From an uncultured virus (IMG/VR IMGVR_UViG_3300036399_001211) (Duplodnaviria > Heunggongvirae > Uroviricota > Caudoviricetes): a stretch of DNA of 20,000 nt. Shown in pieces: positions 15,961 to 20,000 of the stretch (position 1 is its first letter; each line of letters begins with the position of its first letter). The DNA is taken from IMG/VR virus record IMGVR_UViG_3300036399_001211; one strand, 5' to 3'. The translations under genes were made by a program, and so were the position numbers. The notes under the pieces were generated by a model. The model did not search any database. It was not told the origin of the DNA and saw nothing but the letters and a program-made list of their open reading frames with translations.

Positions 15961-17613
15961 TTAGAATGATCCACCATCAATGGTGACACCTTCCATGATG
16001 AAACCATATATTACTGATGTGGTTCCATTACCAGATAGGTTCGCGCTAAAAGTAACTCCACCAGAAACTGTTAAAGTATCAGCAGTTAAACCATTAGTAA
16101 CCGTTAATCCACCATTTAGAGTGACTGCATCAGATTCTGTCTTTTGGACGAAATCGGCATCCACTGTTGAGGATAGACTGGATATCTGTGAATCAATCTT
16201 GGAATCAAGTGTTGAAGAAACAGATTGAACTGTAGTATTTAAAGTTGAAACTTCTGAAGCAATCGCGCTTTCAAGATCAGCAACTTCTGAATCAATTTTA
16301 GAATCAAGAGTAGCAGAAACGGAAGCTAAAGCTGTTGAAACATTACCAATATTTGTGGCAACAGTAGCAGCAAAACTTTCGTCATCGTTAATAGCAGAAG
16401 CTAATTCATTGAGGGTGTTAAGAAGTTCTGGAGCACCGTCAACGAGGTTAGCTATAGCTGTATCAACATAACCTTTGTTGGCAGCATGACCACTTAAAGA
16501 TGGTGTAGCTACTTCAACGGTTCCGGAGAACTTACCATTACCAACAACTTCAAGAGCTTCGGTAGGAGTTTCGGTATTAACACCTACAACACCATTACCA
16601 ACAAACAATGAGGTTGATGAACTACCGCTACCAGAGATTTCTAAACCACCAGTGGCAGAGATAGTACCAGTAACATCTAAATCACCAATAATTGTTCCAC
16701 CAGTGCGTTTGTCGAGGTAGTTACCAGAGATCTCACTTACGAGAGAGCTAATAGCACCTTCAGCTTCTGTTGCGCGAGTAACTTCAGCGGATAAATCCAA
16801 AGCAAGAGTTGCGGAAACAGATTGTATTGTTGTGTTTAATGTGCTTACTTCTGAAGCAATCGCACTTTCAATATCAGCAACTTCTGAATCAATTTTAGAA
16901 TCAAGAGTAGCAGAAACGGAAGCAACGGTTGTGTTTAAAGTTGAAACTTCTGAAGCAATCGCACTTTCAATATCAGCAACTTCTGAATCAATTTTAGAAT
17001 CAAGAGTAGCAGAAACGGAAGCAACGGTTGTGTTTAAAGTTGAAACAGAGCTATCAATTTTTGAATCGAGAGCGGCTTCAGCGGCAGTAGCACGACTAGC
17101 TTCGTCAGCGATTGCTTGTGCAGAATCTGATTCTAAGGCGTCTAACTCTGCTTGCAAAGAACTTGAAACAGAGGCAATTGTTGTGTTAACATTACCAAGT
17201 CTTGTAACGAGATTTGCTGCAAAATTTTCGTCATCACCTAAAGCAGAAGCTAACTCGTTAAGAGTATTAAGTGCATCTGGAGCAAAGTCGATAACAGCAG
17301 CAATTTGAGCATCGATCTTAGCATCAAGAGTGCTAGAAACCGATTGAATCGTTGTGTTTAATGTAGCAACTTCATCGGTTACTCTTAAATCAAGAGTTCC
17401 GATTTGTGAACTAAGGTCTGCGGAAATTGAACCAACTAAAGTGTTAGTAGCAAATTCACCTATACCCCCGATTGGTATTACTCCAGCTTCTGAGCCGTAG
17501 TATAATACTGAGTTTACTTCGTTGAATGCCAATTCACCACCAGAAAGAAATGCAGGAGCACCTGCTTCACCAGTAGTACGGCGTTTAATAAGGATTGTGT
17601 TAATGTTTGACAT
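15961..17613 (-). CDS. Long coiled-coil fibre protein (whisker/tail-fibre-like)
   Basis: N-terminal TILIKRR...GELAFNE..LYYG; two AP..LNTLNELASA..DDE.FA tail-fibre motifs; 33-aa repeats; VGVNTETPTEALEVVGN; HAANKGYVD; C-terminal IDGGSF. Confidence 0.85.
   Translation of the reverse strand: MSNINTILIKRRTTGEAGAPAFLSGGELAFNEVNSVLYYGSEAGVIPIGGIGEFATNTLVGSISADLSSQIGTLDLRVTDEVATLNTTIQSVSSTLDAKIDAQIAAVIDFAPDALNTLNELASALGDDENFAANLVTRLGNVNTTIASVSSSLQAELDALESDSAQAIADEASRATAAEAALDSKIDSSVSTLNTTVASVSATLDSKIDSEVADIESAIASEVSTLNTTVASVSATLDSKIDSEVADIESAIASEVSTLNTTIQSVSATLALDLSAEVTRATEAEGAISSLVSEISGNYLDKRTGGTIIGDLDVTGTISATGGLEISGSGSSSTSLFVGNGVVGVNTETPTEALEVVGNGKFSGTVEVATPSLSGHAANKGYVDTAIANLVDGAPELLNTLNELASAINDDESFAATVATNIGNVSTALASVSATLDSKIDSEVADLESAIASEVSTLNTTVQSVSSTLDSKIDSQISSLSSTVDADFVQKTESDAVTLNGGLTVTNGLTADTLTVSGGVTFSANLSGNGTTSVIYGFIMEGVTIDGGSF
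16847..17046. repeat. Tandem 99-bp repeat (two essentially identical copies; third near-copy at about 16238-16326)
   Basis: Encodes EVSTLNTTVASVSATLDSKIDSEVADIESAIAS; the period of 99 was measured between 16847 and 16946. Confidence 0.9.
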
Positions 17614-17636
17614 ATGTTTTTTATTTTTTAAAATTA

Positions 17637-17675
17637 CGGCAGAACCGCATAAATACTTATTCTGCGGCGATTCCG
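17637..17675 (-). promoter_or_regulatory. GC-rich inverted repeat enclosing a TAAGTA late-promoter-like motif
   Basis: Minus strand CGGAATCGCCGCAGAATAAGTATTTATGCGGTTCTGCCG, with CCGCA/TGCGG arms around the motif at 17654-17659. Confidence 0.5.
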
Positions 17676-17691
17676 TTTTTTTTGTTTTTCT

Positions 17692-17967
17692 TTAAAAAAA
17701 TCCGCCGTCAGCAACACCTAATTTAAAACCTTCAGCGGTTTTTTGCCATCCGCTACTTAAACTATTTTGTACTGTGTCTACTTCTTGAATAGTTTCTATT
17801 AAAGATGTAGAAATAGTTTGAAATATTGTATACTTGTCTATTTTTTCTTGAAGTTCGTTTTTTAATTGTAAAAAATTATTTAAATAATTAAAAGACGGTC
17901 CTTGAGTATCTACTAAAACCGTTATTTCTGATTTATTAACACCCGAAATTATAATATTATCACTCAT
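17692..17967 (-). CDS. Small coiled-coil protein ending in DGGFF (putative fibre adaptor)
   Basis: 91-aa ORF starting 5 nt after the portal stop; C-terminal GVADGGFF parallels GVTIDGGSF of the neighbouring fibre. Confidence 0.7.
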   Translation of the reverse strand: MSDNIIISGVNKSEITVLVDTQGPSFNYLNNFLQLKNELQEKIDKYTIFQTISTSLIETIQEVDTVQNSLSSGWQKTAEGFKLGVADGGFF

Positions 17968-17972
17968 ATATA

Positions 17973-19835
17973 TTATGCTGGTTGTTGTTGTGGTTCGGGT
18001 GCAGGGGATTCTGATTCTGGTGTAGCATTTGTAGATTGCCCCCCGAAAGCTGGTATTCCTGCTGGATTAGTTTGACCTAATCCCTCACTCGAACCCAAAC
18101 TACCTCCTCCCATACCTCCACCCGAAGCAAGCTGATCCCCGCCAGCAGATAATTCTTGTCCTGCTTCTGACATTGCTTCCATGTGTTCTCTCCAGTTAGG
18201 ACCGAACTGTTGGATTTGAGCCAATTCCCATTTTAAGGCTTCATCTTTTCGTTTCCATTCCATGTTTTCTGATATTTTATCATCAGAAAGACCTAGATAA
18301 TGTCTTTGGCAATAGGTTTTAGACATAGAATCGTTTTGAGACATGTTATTAAAATTATTATATTTTAATTCGAATAGTTGTTGCTGTCTAACCGCAAAAT
18401 AACTAGAAGGTGGTGTAAAATCGAGGTCAAAATATGATTCGTGTATGTTATAATCTTTCCACCAATTTCTTAATTTTAAATGTGTTACAAATGATTGTTT
18501 AAATCCTTGTGCAAAATGATGTTGTATTCTTAAAATAAATTTAGCAAATCTTAATTCTTCTCTTAATATTTGCGCTCCATCTGAAAATGATTGTTCTGGA
18601 TTGATTCTTGTTTCTGGAACCTTTAAAGATTTATAAAGTTTTTTTACAAAATATATTAAATCCGCTATTTCTGATATATTTCCGCCGCCTTGCATTAATT
18701 CTACATCAGAACCAGTTTCTCCTGCTCTTTTAGCGAACCAAAAATCGTCCAACATTGATAGTGGTTCATATATATTCCCCGCACCCGGATTCGTGGAGCT
18801 ACCATCAAAGGTTTTTCTCGATCTATAAGCTTGCATCATCTGTTTCATGACCGCTTCGGCCTTTGCTGGAGGCATATTACCGACATCGATTTTAAATTTT
18901 AATCTTTCTGGTGCTCTTACTAGTCTATAAATAACAATAGAATCTTCTAATAATGATACTTGTTTGTATGCTCGTCTACAATTTTCTATAAAAGGAACTC
19001 TGATAGTAAAATCTTCGTTCCATATATTAGAATGTACATAAGTTACCTGTTTACCTTCAAGAGTTAGAATTTGTTGCTGTAAAGAATTAACCGGATTAGT
19101 ATTTTTCATACTAGGCGGATATTGATTAGCATTATTATTGGAAATATCTATGGGTTTTTGAAATAAAAAATTTTCTATAACTGTATTTTGTATATTATCA
19201 TAGACAGGATTGATTAATTCACCGGGTATTCGTAATGCACCCACTATACCCAAATCTTTTTTTTCTGAATGTACAACATTTTCCCAAAAAATTTCTCCTT
19301 CGGTTAACCAATTTCTGCAATAACTCCATCCATTTTTTTCTAATTCATATATTTTAATGAATTTATAAAATTCTTTCTCTATTTCGGCCTTTTCTTCTGG
19401 TTCTAACTTACTAAAATTGTTCCATTGTAAGGTTATCACGTTACCGTTATCATCTTTATTGATAAAATCATCGCATATTTCATCTAAACAATCCGATACT
19501 TCGGCAAAAGCGGCCATTCTACGGTATTCTGATAGTCTTCTTGCCTTATCAGTATCTAATTTGGCATAAATGTATTGGTGATACCCCTTATCTGAGTCAA
19601 ATCCTGATGCTAAACGGTCGTTCCATTCGTTATTTAGATGCGGTCCGGTAATTACGGACTGCTTCATTATCTTCATTTCACGATTTTTTGTTAATCTATG
19701 AAATAATTCGTATTTTGGATTATTATCGTCTACCTCTTGAACTATATCAGCATAAGGAAGTTTTGATAATAAAGAAGATATAAACCCTCTACCCTGATCA
19801 GGTTTAAAATTAGATTGGTTAAAAGCATCAGCCAT
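17973..19835 (-). CDS. 20: Portal vertex protein (T4 gp20-like)
   Basis: YRRMA...EV...LDEI, LLEDSIVIYRLVRAPER..FKIDVGNMPPAKAE, SMLDDFWFAKR, LYKSLKVPETRI and ILREELRFAKFI.R; low-complexity Gly/Pro C-terminal tail. Confidence 0.98.
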   Translation of the reverse strand: MADAFNQSNFKPDQGRGFISSLLSKLPYADIVQEVDDNNPKYELFHRLTKNREMKIMKQSVITGPHLNNEWNDRLASGFDSDKGYHQYIYAKLDTDKARRLSEYRRMAAFAEVSDCLDEICDDFINKDDNGNVITLQWNNFSKLEPEEKAEIEKEFYKFIKIYELEKNGWSYCRNWLTEGEIFWENVVHSEKKDLGIVGALRIPGELINPVYDNIQNTVIENFLFQKPIDISNNNANQYPPSMKNTNPVNSLQQQILTLEGKQVTYVHSNIWNEDFTIRVPFIENCRRAYKQVSLLEDSIVIYRLVRAPERLKFKIDVGNMPPAKAEAVMKQMMQAYRSRKTFDGSSTNPGAGNIYEPLSMLDDFWFAKRAGETGSDVELMQGGGNISEIADLIYFVKKLYKSLKVPETRINPEQSFSDGAQILREELRFAKFILRIQHHFAQGFKQSFVTHLKLRNWWKDYNIHESYFDLDFTPPSSYFAVRQQQLFELKYNNFNNMSQNDSMSKTYCQRHYLGLSDDKISENMEWKRKDEALKWELAQIQQFGPNWREHMEAMSEAGQELSAGGDQLASGGGMGGGSLGSSEGLGQTNPAGIPAFGGQSTNATPESESPAPEPQQQPA

Positions 19836-19874
19836 AAAAAGTATTTATTCTTTTTTAGCAGAAAAACAATATTT

Positions 19875-20000
19875 TTATGTTTGTGTAGGTGTTGGAGTAG
19901 GTGTTTCCGAGACGGTAGGTGTTGGAGTAGGTGTTTCCGAGACGGTAGGTGTTGGAGTAGGTGTTTCCGAGACGGTAGGTGTTGGAGTTGGTGTTGAAGT
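19875..20000 (-). CDS. 3' end of a protein with a mucin-like Pro/Thr tail (partial)
   Basis: Minus frame reads TSTPTPTPTVSE(TPTPTPTVSE)2TPTPTPTQT* with TAA at 19875-19877. Confidence 0.8.
   Translation of the reverse strand, partial: TSTPTPTPTVSETPTPTPTVSETPTPTPTVSETPTPTPTQT
19885..19988. repeat. 30-bp tandem repeat, three perfect copies plus partial copies
   Basis: gttggagtaggtgtttccgagacggtaggt at 19891, 19921 and 19951. Confidence 0.97.

Noticed and set aside
7886..19835. Introns or inteins in the capsid, protease or portal genes
   Set aside because: The ORFs are continuous, of expected size, and show no intein motifs.
19885..19988. 30-bp repeats as a CRISPR array
   Set aside because: The copies are directly adjacent with no unique spacers and encode an in-frame PT peptide; no cas genes are present.
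19815..19997. Plus-strand 60-aa ORF with CWSRCFRDGR repeats
   Set aside because: It is the antisense reading of the PT tandem repeat and overlaps the portal start.
1..20000. Stop-codon reassignment (TAG or TGA recoding)
   Set aside because: Core genes are full length under code 11, TGA serves as the stop in ATGA overlaps, and gene density is already high.

Overview
AT-rich fragment of a large T4-like (T4-superfamily) myovirus genome. The minus strand carries a rearranged head/neck module: portal gp20, a cluster of fibre/adhesin genes, neck gp13, head-completion gp4, prohead protease gp21, a gp67-like core protein, scaffold gp22, major capsid gp23 and a Hef-like free-standing homing endonuclease. 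The plus strand carries a divergent, translationally coupled operon: small terminase gp16, UDP-galactopyranose mutase, a GT60-like polypeptide GlcNAc-transferase, a GT4-like glycosyltransferase, an FkbM methyltransferase and two Cys-motif proteins. A clamp-loader gene starts at the left edge and a mucin-like Pro/Thr repeat protein ends at the right edge. The main leads are: (1) a candidate late-expressed virion O-glycosylation system with Pro/Thr tracts as possible acceptors; (2) a modular fibre cluster with shared N-terminal GELAxN domains and C-terminal DGGxF motifs; (3) LamG domains with identical DNA flanks and divergent cores; (4) a TAARTA late-promoter motif just upstream of start codons, including a symmetric bidirectional palindrome. 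All family calls come from motif recognition by eye; no database searches were run.
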